NCBI GenBank assembly: GCA_030770535.1
Contig: JASVEC010000015.1
Coordinates: 620,001 to 684,000, forward strand
Source: Batkoa obscura
Lineage: Eukaryota
Direction: 5' to 3'
DNA: 64,000 nucleotides
In this document: positions 26,853-38,815 of the stretch, in pieces
Layout: each line of letters starts with the position of its first letter
Position numbering within the stretch: the stretch's first letter is position 1
The notes under the pieces: generated by a model
The model's input: the letters and a program-made list of their open reading frames with translations, nothing else
What the model was told of the DNA's origin: nothing
Databases searched by the model: none
Translations under genes and position numbers: made by a program

Positions 26853-28035
26853 ATATACTTATTTTCTGGAATTCTCAAAAAACAAAAACTCTTTAGTAAA
26901 GCCAGGAAAGGTAAGGGAAGGCTAATATTTTAAGTAAGGGATTTTCACATTTTTATGTTTTATATCACTTTATTTTATTATTCAAAAACAATTTATATGC
27001 TTTAAAATATATCGGAGAAGGTGCAAATAAAGCTTTGTGATAAGCTCGCTGTTAGTAACTTTACTATTTTTGAAAAGAGAAGGGTAAAAGTACCTGTTTA
27101 AATAAAAAAATTCAAAGTATTTATTACTACTACTATTTAATCCATTTCCTTTTAAAGTTTCTTAATCTATGACGATTTGAGATTTATTAACAGTTACTAT
27201 TATTGAATAAAAAGTTAAATACATGCATTCTGCCCAGAATTGCCCGTTTGATTGGAGTTAGTTATCCCTGCATTTAACAAAAATAATACTTATTGTTGCA
27301 TTATTTAACCTGAATTGTCTATTCAATCTTAGTTTTAAGATTGTAGCGCAAAGAAGTTATATTCAGTTTACTTGTGAAAAACGAACTATTTTTGCCAAAT
27401 AGTATGAGATTAGAAATACCAAGTGATAGTAATTAGTATGAAACTAATAAATTACTGAGCGGAAGAAGAACGTATAGGTTATTTTCGTTAAATGATAAAC
27501 ATGATGTTTATGATTTATTAAAACTTGGTTAATAATGCCTATTAGATCGAAAATACTAGAAGTTTGAATAAGCTAAGACGAATATCATAAATAATAATAA
27601 GCTATTTGATACAATCTTAGAAAAGAAATCAAAAAATTGTATTAAACTAAAACAAAACCAAGATGTTTAAGCTCCTATAAAGTAAACCTAAACCATACTA
27701 CTAAGGGGATTTTAACCATAAATAATCAATCTAACTGTTTTTCCCTATTACAGAGAATAAGTTATCAATTTCATCTTTACATTTGAGCTGGGGAAAAAAG
27801 TGACCGAGAATTTTATGCTATTGGCTGGATTCCATATTAACTCACATTTAGATAATTTGTCACTCATTTTTTTACAAGCTCAATTCCTATTCCAACCAAT
27901 AGCATTAACCTCTCGACTTATTTAAAGCAACTAAAACCTGGATTAAGCCAATCATTATTTGTGCTTTACGACACCATTCCCATCTTTTATCGTCATCAAT
28001 GATTGGATAAATTGGTTCCCCAAGGCAACGTTAGG

Positions 28036-28043
28036 TATATAAA
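28036..28043 (+). promoter_or_regulatory. TATA box of metallothionein copy 2
   Basis: TATATAAA about 75 nt before the ATG at 28116; several CCAAT/ATTGG sites at ~27820-28015. Confidence 0.45.
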
Positions 28044-28115
28044 GCAAACAAATGAATAGTCATTAACTTTAAAAAATCTCAATTTAAATCAATCCAACAA
28101 TTAAATAATAACCCA

Positions 28116-28913
28116 ATGCCTCAAACTTGTAAATGTACTGGAAATACCAATGGCTGTAATTGCCAATCTGCATGCAACTGCTCCACTCGCCAAGCCCAAG
28201 TAGCTGAATTGGTCTGCGCCTGTACAGGTAGCCAAGGTGGTTGTAATTGTGACAGCTCATGCAGTTGTGAAACCAGAAAGGCTCAAGCTTTAGCCAAGAT
28301 CTGTGCCTGCACTGGAAGCAAAGATGGTTGTAAATGTGATGCTTCTTGCAACTGTGAAACTCGCAAAGTAGAAAACAAAGGAACTAGTTGTGCTTGTGCC
28401 AAAGAAGGATGTAATTGTGAAAAAGGATGTAACTGTGAAACCTGCAAATCTGATTCAAAAGTATGTGAATGTACTACTAATAAAACCAAATCAGCCTGTT
28501 GCAGCTCCAAATCTAAATGTGCCTGTGCCAAAGAAGGATGTAATTGTGAAGAAGGATGTAACTGTGAAACCTGCAAATCTGATTCAAAAACATGTGAATG
28601 TACCACTGATAAGACTACCTCAGCCTGTTGCAGCTCCAAATCTAAATGTGCTTGTGCCAAAGAAGGATGTAATTGTGAAGAAGGATGTAACTGTGAAACC
28701 TGCAAATCTGATTCAAAAGTATGTGAATGTACTACTAATAAAACCAAATCAGCCTGTTGCAGCTCCAAATCTAAATGTGCCTGTGCCAAAGAAGGATGTA
28801 ATTGTGAAGAAGGATGTAACTGTGAAACCTGCAAATCTGATTCAAAAACATGTGAATGTACCACTGATAAGACTACCTCAGCCTGTTGCAGCTCCAAATC
28901 TAAATGCTGTTAA
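28116..28913 (+). CDS. Long modular metallothionein-like protein, copy 2 (265 aa, 64 Cys)
   Basis: Intronless, 24% Cys, no aromatic residues or His; three 6-Cys units, four 43-aa 11-Cys units (129-bp repeats) and terminal CC. Confidence 0.85.
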   Translation: MPQTCKCTGNTNGCNCQSACNCSTRQAQVAELVCACTGSQGGCNCDSSCSCETRKAQALAKICACTGSKDGCKCDASCNCETRKVENKGTSCACAKEGCNCEKGCNCETCKSDSKVCECTTNKTKSACCSSKSKCACAKEGCNCEEGCNCETCKSDSKTCECTTDKTTSACCSSKSKCACAKEGCNCEEGCNCETCKSDSKVCECTTNKTKSACCSSKSKCACAKEGCNCEEGCNCETCKSDSKTCECTTDKTTSACCSSKSKCC

Positions 28914-29753
28914 CTTTAGCGTTGTTAATAAGTTTTCTAATTGTCTTTAACCAAGTATAAAAGATATAAATCATCTAATAAATTATTTTTAGCATAAATT
29001 ATATTAATATCTTTTAAATATCAGTGTTATATCATCTATTGCTATTATATTATTGGTATGTTTTAGATATCATAGTTTGCATAGTTTGCTTTCTTATTGT
29101 TAAAATAAATGGAGGGATATATATTAAGTTTAACTATATTAATGATTTATTAATATTGATAAAACAAGGAAAGTAAACAATCTAATTTTTTAATAAATTT
29201 AAGCTTTATTGATAGTATTACAAAACTAATTACGTCCTTTTAAACAACTTGTTTCATTACCTTTTTGAAAGGTAATGCTATAGTTGAAAAATGGATTTAC
29301 TATGATCATTTTCTCGCAACATAAAATTGTTAAAAAACATTAGTTACTGAAAACAAAACAGCTTTATTTTTTAACATTGAAATATCAGTTCACTATCAAT
29401 AACCGTTATGTTTTTTATCATTATTTATACGTTACTTTTTTCACTCATGTGAAAACAAAGCAACTTCAAATTTGAATTCCAAACAATGTTTTTTAATGAC
29501 TAACGGTAATTCACAATAAAGAAAATTTTTAAAAAGTATGGAAGTTAGAGTAATTGAAATACTTACTAACAATAATTAAGCTTGAAATTAGAAATTCATA
29601 ATAGAAGTTAAAAAATGAGCATGAGGTATCATTAAACAAGTTAGTATTCAGAAAGTAGAGGAATATAAATACTCATCCAGAATAAATCCATTAAAAAGCT
29701 TTTAATATCTCAATTATTTGATATCTTCATTTTTTATTACACTCATCCCAAGA

Positions 29754-31092
29754 ATGAGCCTTTTGAAACAATTTTTCATTGTATTATTTCATATAACTCA
29801 ACTAGCAGCTTTTTTACCAAACATAAAGAACTGTACATTAAATCAACATTTTTGTTTTGAATTAATAAATTTAGATTTATTAACTTCTTCCCAGTTAAAT
29901 ATCCAACTTGCTGAAAATGTTAGGTAGGTTGATATTGATATTTACATAGTACAATAATATGTTAATAATGCTTCTTCTTTTAGCTATTTCGAATGTCAGC
30001 TTGAAACTCAAAAGATAGTAAAACTTTGTCTTAAATATTAAATAACAAACATTAACCTCTTCTCCTTTTTTATAGTTTATTGAGCCTAAGCCTTCTCCTT
30101 CTATAAATCATACCATTTATTTACAATCTAATTCAACTTCTCAAAAATTAAAATTAGACAATGTTATCCAACTATTTAAAAACCATACTTACTATTATCA
30201 ATTATTGTTAAATGATTTACAGTTAAATCAAATTCAAGGTATAGAAGGAGAAGTTGAAGGAGAAACAGCTTCTTTAACTTTAGAGTATAAATACAACCTA
30301 AAAGATAACAATAATTCAAAACAAGAGAAGGGGATGTTTGATCTTATTTTATCTTCTGAATTGGAAAAAGAAGGGGAAGAATTGGACCACACCCATTTTT
30401 CAGAAGAAGAAGAAGAAGACAACTCAATACCAACTTTGATTTTGTTGCATGGCTTCTTTATGTTTATTGCTTGGGTTGTATTGCCACCAATAGCTATAGC
30501 AATTGCTAAATTTTATAAAAGTCAATTAGGTGTGTGGTGGTTCCGTTGTCATATAATGTGCTTTTCATTTACTCTGTTGTTTTCAATTTTAGCTATTGTG
30601 TTAATGAATGTGCATACTGGGTTTGTTATTAATGATCCACATTCAGTAAGTTAATTTAATTTAATTATAATAAGAAAGTAAAATTAATATCTATTTTTTT
30701 AGTTTTTAGGTTATTTAGTTACATTATTATTTTTTATACAATTAACTTTAGGTTTCGTTATTGATAAATTGTATGATAATAATCGTAGTGAAATACCCTG
30801 GTATGATAAATTGCATTGGTATTTAGGTCGTTTTACTTATACTTTAGCAATGATCAATTTCATTTTTGGTTTAAAGATCTTCCCAGACGTTTATTGGGTA
30901 CCCATTTGGTTATCTGTAATTACTTTGATTGGTTTACTATTCTTTGGTTATATTAAGTTATCTAACAAAAATAATGTTAATGACCATATAACCCATAGTA
31001 ATATACCTTTAAACATTAACTCGGAAGCCAGTTCACCAGATACCTTAATTGTAGAACAAATTGAATCAAAAGATTTGTTAATACAAAAATAA
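29754..31092 (+). CDS. Cytochrome b561 (CYBDOM/ferric-reductase-like) with signal peptide and divergent extracellular N-domain, 4 exons
   Basis: HGFFMFIAW, WWFRCH, DPH and KLHWYLGR supply four putative heme-ligand His; splicing joins the 29754 exon in frame. Confidence 0.75.
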
Positions 31093-31110
31093 ATTTTATT
31101 CTTATTATAT

Positions 31111-32260
31111 TTATTTGATTAATAGTGAGTCAACATGGATTGTTTGGCCAATTTTAATATTACCTAAATAAAGTATTAAATATTAAATATTGAATAGTAT
31201 TGTTATTTACCATAAGAAAGCGGGATAGCATTGATTCCAAAAAAGCTTTTATATTTATTGATATCTTTGAAATTTCTACGATATTTTGATAATGTTTTTG
31301 AAGGTTCTAATGAATGTTTAATACCAGTATCTGGATTGACATTGGGCAAAGAACAACGTGCGCATGGAATATCACAATGTATTTTAATATTATTGTCAAT
31401 ACTAATTAATGAGAACTCATCTTCTTTATTTGCTGAAGTTACCCCTTTAATTAATATATTTGGTCTGAAATTACGATAATCTACGTTTATGCCGCTATCT
31501 TTAGGCAACTGATCTTTTAATTCAAAAACCGATTCTTCACTTATAATTAATAATGGGAACCCATCTGCAAAGGAAGTCTTGACAAACAACGTATTAATAT
31601 TCATACTGATTACTACTACTATTACTAATTTACCTCACTGTTTACGTCTAATAAGCCTGATTTTTGTAAATAAAAATCAATTACTGGACGTGGCTTACTT
31701 CCTTTTCTAACTAAAGAAACAGGCTCATTTAAATAAGTTGAAAACCAAGTATTTGCTTTCTCATTCAATCTATACCCTTGAATATCTTTGCTTTCCCATA
31801 AATCTAAACTTACTTCTTCACCCTCTTTTGGTTCACTTTTAATATATTTAGTATATTTATTACATCATTTATAATTTTTATATCAATTACTGGTCGTCAT
31901 CAAGGTCAATCAATAACTCGTTGTCTTTGTTTTCCAAAGTTATTACTTTGAGATATTGTTTATTATCTCTTTTAATAAAGGAGGGATGAATAGTAACTAA
32001 CTAACAACATTGAGTTAACTTTATTGCTAATAGTTAATAATATTTACTTTTGGATGTGTTCTTGCAGTAATAATTTTATCTTCATTATCAATTATAGTAA
32101 ATAAACGATCATATTGTAAACCATCTAAATAAAGGATGAATTAAATATGCAATAAAAGTTAAAATAGTTTGTTATTACGTTTTATCAAATTGGCTTCTTC
32201 TACTTCAATACCAGCACAGGATTTAATAGGATAAATAATTAATTTAGAGATAGTTATCAT
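31111..32260 (-). CDS. MOSC-domain (mARC/YcbX-like molybdenum cofactor) protein, copy A
   Basis: MITISKLIIYPIKSCAG, GLQYDR, SFADGFPLL, NFRPNILI, PCARC, FFGIN, G.IKIG. Confidence 0.85.
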
Positions 32261-32714
32261 TTTAAATCAAAAAAAATAAAAACTTTAAGGTGTTTTTTAA
32301 GCTTTTATACTTTTCTTTGAAAAGAATAAGTCCATTTCGTCATTCATTAGATTCAATATTAAAATATGAACTTTGATTTGTTTTCTAACTTTTATAAATT
32401 TTGTATAAACCAGTTGATATATTATGTTGGAATTAAAACACTGGTAAACTTAACTAAAAATTAAATTTTAATTAAGGTATACTAAGTGCTATCAATAAAC
32501 TATATAATAAGCCTCTATCTTATGTCATTTAAATTGATCTTTTTCTTTCCTTAATCCTCCTTGAATTTTATTAATAATTCTTACTTTTGATTTAATCATT
32601 AATAAAAAAGCGAAGATATTTCTACATCATAATATTTAAAAATGAAATGGAGATTATTAATAAATAACAGTCCTATTAAAAATTCAAAGTTACATTTTAG
32701 AAACTATTTAATCA

Positions 32715-33857
32715 TTATTTTAATAACCAAGATTCAACAATAACATCTTGACCAGTTTTAATATTACCTATATAAAATTAACTATCTATCTATATAATAG
32801 CAATCACCAATTACCATGAGAAAGCGGAATACCACTGATTCCAAAAAAGCTTTTATATTTATTAATATTTTTAAAAGTCCTACGATATTTTGATAATGTT
32901 TTTGAAGGTTCTAATGAATGTTTAATACCAGTATCTGGATTGACATTGGGCAAAGAACAACGTTCACATGGAATATCACAATGTATTTTAATATTATTGT
33001 CAATACTAATTAATGAGAACTCATCTTCTTTATTTGCTGAAGTTACCCCTTTAATTAATATATTTGGTCTGAAATTACGATAATCTACGTTTATGCCGCT
33101 ATCTTTAGGCAACTGATCTTTTAATTCAAAAACCGATTCTTCACTTATAATTAATAATGGGAAACAATCCACAAAAGAAGTCTTAGAAAGTTAAATATTA
33201 AACTAATAATTTTTAATTAAGTACTTTATAGTTACCTCACTGTTTACATCTGATAAGCCTGATTTTTGTAAATAAAAATCAATTACTGGACGTGGCTTAC
33301 TTCCTTTTCTAACTAAAGAAACAGGCTCATTTAAATAAGTTGAAAACCAAGTATTTGCTTTCTCATTCAATCTATACCCTTGAATATCTTTGCTTTCCCA
33401 TAAATCTAAACTTACTTCTTCACCCTCTTTTGGTTCACTTTTAATATATTTAGTATATTTATTACATCATTTATAATTTTTATATCAATTACTGGTCGTC
33501 ATCAAGGTCAATCAATAACTCGTTGTCTTTGTTTTCCAAAGTTATTACTTTGAGATATTGTTTATTATCTCTTTTAATAAAGGAGGGATGAATAGTAACT
33601 AACTAACAACATTGAGTTAACTTTATTGCTAATAGTTAATAATATTTACTTTTGGATGTGTTCTTGCAGTAATAATTTTATCTTCATTATCAATTATAGT
33701 AAATAAACGATCATATTGTAAACCACCTAATAAAATGAATTATATTTTACTATATTTTTATTTATATATTATTACTTTTTATCAAATTGGCTTCTTCTAC
33801 TTCAATACCAGCACAGGATTTAATAGGATAAATAATTAATTTAGAGATAGTTATCAT
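32715..33857 (-). CDS. MOSC-domain protein, copy B
   Basis: Near-identical to copy A; SFVDCFPLL and PCERC variants. Confidence 0.8.
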
Positions 33858-34957
33858 TTTAAGTTTAAGCTATTTTGTTTTTAGTCCTTTTTGTTATTTA
33901 TATATACTTTTAGAGAATAAATGCATTTTGTTATCTTTCATTTTATTCATAAAGTATGAAATTCGATTTATTTGACATTATTTAAAAGTTAAGATGTATT
34001 TGTTTATTTCCTTAGCACCAAATCACTTTAAAGTTATTTAATAACAAATTTTCAATTAAATCATAGCAAATATTATCAATAAATTACATAATAAACTGGT
34101 ATTTTATATCACTTAAATTGATGTTTTTCTTTCTTTTAATTATATACTTTATTTGTACCTTACACTTTTATTTTTTATCAAAAAAAGCGAATATATTCCA
34201 TATATATAACATTTAAAAAACAAAGATTACTAATGTTTAGTAATAATTTATTTGAAATTTCAAAAGGTTGTTTTATGAACTTTAAACCGGTTCTTTTTTG
34301 AGCAAGACTTAATACTAATGTTTTGTCCAACCTTAAGATTAATTATATAAAAACAGTTAAAATATACAACAAAATTTAAATCAATCTTATTTATCATAAG
34401 AAAAGAGATAACACTAACTCCAAACAAAGATATATATTAACGATGTTTTGAAAACCTCAATAATATTTGAACATAATTTTGGTAGGTTCTTGTTCATGTA
34501 TAATACCGGCATCTAGATTAACATTAAGATAAGGACAATGACCATATGAAATATCAGTATGTAGTTTTATATTATAATCAATATATACTACTAAAAATTG
34601 CCTTGTTTATGTGGTTTATCAACTCCTTTAATCACTACGTTTAGTTGAAAACTATGATAATCTGTATCCATGTCTTTATTTTCTTTATGTAATTTATCTT
34701 GTAAATCCTTTACATACTCTTCGTTTGACATTAATATCGAGTATTTACTAGAAAAAGCGATCCGAATCTATTAATATAATAATATTAATAATATATATGT
34801 GTCTTATTGAATAAAAGCATTTTTATGTATCTGTTTATCAAAGTTGGTACATTTAATTAGACGAAATTTTTCTCCTCTCACAACTAAACTCAACTTTATC
34901 CCCAAGTATTTTGAAAACTAATTAATAACCTCATTTTGCTTATTTATATTGATATGT

Positions 34958-35056
34958 GGGAATGTTTTTTTTTATTTCATTATTTTTTCCATTTTTTAAG
35001 CGCTATTTGAGTGGAAAATTTATTAGTAAAGCCCTTAAGTACAAAAATACATCCCC
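34958..35056. mobile_element. MITE copy inside a former MOSC exon
   Basis: 99 bp, ATGT/ATAT flanks; MOSC homology resumes on both sides. Confidence 0.85.
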
Positions 35057-35220
35057 ATATATTTAAAGATACGTATAAGCCTATATAAATCTCTTCACCA
35101 TATTCACTGTATAGAATGTATTGCTATTATATCATTGTACTATACAATTTTTACGTTATGTTTGAATCCAAAATAGTAAACTATCTTTACTATCTTTGGT
35201 AAATTCTTTAATTAATATAT

Positions 35221-35310
35221 AGGGATGTATTTTTTTAAGAATTTTACTAACAATCTTTCCACTCAAATAGTGCTTAAAAAAATGGAAAGTAATGAAATCA
35301 AAACATCCCC
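35221..35310. mobile_element. MITE copy inside a former MOSC exon
   Basis: ATAT/ATAT flanks, slightly shortened. Confidence 0.8.
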
Positions 35311-36607
35311 ATATTGTTATCATCTTTAGTTAATTTGGGTAATGTCCACATAAATTATCATTTAAGAAATTGAATAATATTCATCATATTAGTATTACTT
35401 CAGATAATCAACAGCTAATACAATATTCTTATTCCCGTCAATTAGAATATATAACTTATCATACCTGATACCAACTACAATAATTTTAGTTAATAGTTAT
35501 TATACATTCATATACAAAGGCACCCGTCTAATGTTTACCTTTTGCACTTCAATCTCATATACTTGTATACTTCATCAATACAAAATTTGATGGGATAAAT
35601 ACTAAGTTTTGAATCTTTAGTCATTTAAATTGAAACATAATTTCAGTATGATGTATAGATTGTTTTACTAAAACAAATGGTAATTATAACTTCCTTCAAA
35701 AAAAAATTTATAAGGCTTAAAGCACAACATTATGATCTTAATAAAGCTTAATGCAAGTTCTATTACTAAACATTTTGAAACTAGAAATATTTTTTTCAAA
35801 TATCAAAATCTGGACAAATAGTTATAAAAATTAGAAAAAATTAAAATATAAAATCTACAGCTTAATTTAGTTTTAAAACTCCACTATTCTACTAATTTCA
35901 ATTTTATCAAAAAAACGAGAGTTTCCTTAGCACATACGCTTAAATTCGAACTTTGCAATCAATTAAAATTGGAGAGTAGTTGAATCTTAACTTAATCCAT
36001 TTCTTCAAACTCATGCTTTATTAAGCTTATAATAAACTTAAATATAACTAGCATACATTAAATTATTAGTACTTTTATATGGTTTAAAATTTAATATAAT
36101 AAGTTTTATATTGTATTAGAATGTAAAATATAAAAACTCCTATTGCTCAATAGTTTAACAAAAATGTTGTAAAAAGTTGGATGTGGATGCTTTTTCAACA
36201 ACTATTGATTCTTCGAGAGTTTACGCTTCAGAAAAAGCGATAAAATAATACTACAAAAAAGACGCTCGTATACGTAATAATTTGACTTGACTTTCGATTA
36301 CTGTCAAGGTCTTATTACATTGTAAAAGAGAGTTTTTGACATAGATCTTTAAAAAAATCCTATCTTTTTTATTACATCTTAGATTAGATTAGTTTGAGTA
36401 TCAAGTAAAGGAATTCTAAAGAATATATTCATAGAAGCTTTTCCATCTCATTTCCTTGCTCGTTTTTTATATAGCTTTATTATGAGTTGAGTTATTTAGC
36501 TTTAACCCAAACTATAGGCACCTCGGTTTTTAACACCTGGTATCAAAAACTTAAGTTAATTCAAAAATTAGAACTCTAAATCGAATTTGAACCAGAAAAA
36601 ATAATTT

Positions 36608-36803
36608 GGGGATGTTTTTTTTGATTTCATTACTTTTCCATTTTTTAAGCGCTATCTAAATCGAAAAATTCTTAGTAAAATTCTTAAACATAAATATAAG
36701 GGACTGCTTTTTTTAGTTTCATTATTTTTCCATTTTTTAAGCGCTACTTGAGTGGAAAGATGTAATAAAATTCTTAAACAAAAAAATACACCCCCATATC
36801 CTC
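36608..36803. mobile_element. Nested MITE pair (inner copy ~36700-36795)
   Basis: Outer copy flanked by ATTT/ATTT; inner copy splits the outer right TIR at an ATAT-like site. Confidence 0.8.
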
Positions 36804-36990
36804 ATTTGTTTTATACTTCTACTTAATGGCATTGCTATTTTTCCTCAGATTAAACTGAATTTTGTATTTACTAATAAACCACGATGATTTAGTTATTGAA
36901 TTTTGAAGAAATTGATATTGGCTTCCAATCCAGAATTCGTATTGAAAAGCTTTTGCTTTGATCTTATCAGCTTTGTATAAATATATATAT

Positions 36991-37085
36991 GGGGATATAT
37001 TTTTTGTTCAAGAATTTTACTAGTAAGTTTATCTACCTTAAATAGCATTTAAGAAATGGAAAAAGCAATGAAAAAAGACACCCCC
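36991..37085. mobile_element. MITE copy
   Basis: TIRs; flanks ATAT/ATGT. Confidence 0.8.
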
Positions 37086-38815
37086 ATGTTTTTTGGACAA
37101 AGCCCATGTCAACTTAAAATTCATTAATTCATAAAACCAATAGAAATAGTAGACGATATATAAATATATAAAATATCGACATTTGATGATATCTGATTAT
37201 ATGATAATTAAAGAAGTTGCAATGCATACTCTTGTTTTTTATAAGAACCTAATAAACTAGGTTGATTTTGGAGAATCAAGGTACAAACTCTTTGGTAAAT
37301 TAAATATTGTTTTATCAAATAAAGTAAATCGAGATATCATTGTAGAACAGTTAACCCAGCTTTTAAAAAGTCTTTGGATATAAAAGTTCTTACTAAAAGT
37401 GAGTATGAACTTATTGATAAAATCGAATCTTAAAATAGACTGCCTCCAGATATAGATAATATGCTGCAGCAACTGGCTCTAAATGTTTTAGGTTGTGGGA
37501 TATTTAGCTATGACTCTTTTGCTCTAAAAAATAGTTGAAAAGATGAAAGTTTACTTTATTATAAAGAAACTATATTTGGCACTTTTAATCTCATTTTCTT
37601 TACATTCTCTTTCCCTAGTCCCTTTGTATCCAAGTTTATAGACTCGCATAAGCATGGTTATCAGGAAGGGCAACATTTTAAAGTTTTCTTAGAAGGAATT
37701 ATAAATGTTAAACGAAAGGAAGTTAAGTCTGGTCTAGTAGAAGATGATATTGTTTCTTTGGTGATTCGTGATCCCATAGAAAATGATGTAAATGATTTAA
37801 CTAACAAAGAGACTTTAAATGACCTGACTGTTCTTTTTGTTTCTGGTCAGGCACCACTGTTAGCACACTTAACTCAACACCATGTTGTTTAGCTAAACAT
37901 CAAATAAACAATATTTTTTCTAAATTATATAAATATTTGGTTTTTTTAAGATATTCAGAATAAAGCTCACCAAGAAGCCTTAAACATTTTAGAAGATTCA
38001 AGTGAAATTAAAGCTCCAGCTAATTATCAACAAAAAAGTCAGAGTACATTAACTGTGTCATTAAAGAGAGTATCCATATATCTTTAGTTGTAATTTTAGT
38101 AAGGGAATATGCTCTTAAAAACGTAACTTTAAGTGATGGTACATAAGTTAAAAAGGGGAATATGGTTACATTGCCTATATGCTTTCATGACCAAAACCCC
38201 AGGTATTTTCCAAAGCCCAAAAAATTTAATCTGGATATATTTAGAGACCCTCGCACCGTTAAATCAACTGTGCAGGTACCATTTGGCATTAGAATAAGAA
38301 CATGTATGATTTTAAATTTTAGTATAAATATATAAATATTAATTGAGTTTCTAGGCATTATATTAAGCTTTTCTTTAATTGAACAAAGAGTCATACCCTT
38401 AATGTTATTACAAAAACATACTATCTAACTTGGTCTTAATTGTAAACAATGGGAAACTCCTAAGTTTAATTTCGGTAGTTTTTTGGATATAGCTGGTGTA
38501 GATATGGCTTTTTAATATAAACTATCCATTTATCCTTAACATCTATCTAAATATACTGACTAAATTAAATAATATAAGTGTTTCCAAAAGTAAAAAGTCA
38601 AAGAAAAGTGAAATTGACTTTCGAAATAATTTTTTTAAACCATCAAAATCAACAAATTTATTCATAATTCCTTTCTTTTATCCTTATATTTTCTATTTTG
38701 ATTTTTATTATTTATACAGTATATAAATGTTTCCGTATATAACATTTACTAAAAGTTACCAATATTTAAAAATATTTTATTTAAAGCTTCAAGATACTAT
38801 TTTATAAAACCTAAA

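Larger units (their letters stand above)
34285..35624 (-). pseudogene. MOSC pseudogene interrupted by two MITEs
   Basis: Colinear with MOSC copy D (e.g. ATAAATCTCTTCACCATATTCACT vs ATAAATCTCGTCACCATATTCACT); SKLSIYPIK followed by a stop; frameshifts. Confidence 0.75.
36440..38515 (+). pseudogene. Cytochrome P450 pseudogene (5' boundary uncertain)
   Basis: Frameshifted I-helix DLTVLFVSGQ/TTVST (~37820-37880), K-helix CVIKESIH, YFPKPKKFNLDIF (PERF region) and heme motif relic PFGIRIRTCMILNF (~38276-38325); many stops. Confidence 0.7.

Noticed and set aside
24700..28115. Metal-response elements in the MT promoters
   Set aside because: I saw no TGCRCNC match, and GCTG cores are too short and scattered to call Ace1/Cuf1 sites
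28283..28950. Long antisense (204 aa) and shifted-frame (186 aa) ORFs over metallothionein copy 2, and equivalents at 25864-26204
   Set aside because: By-products of a stop-free 129-bp tandem repeat and Cys codon bias; no independent gene signals
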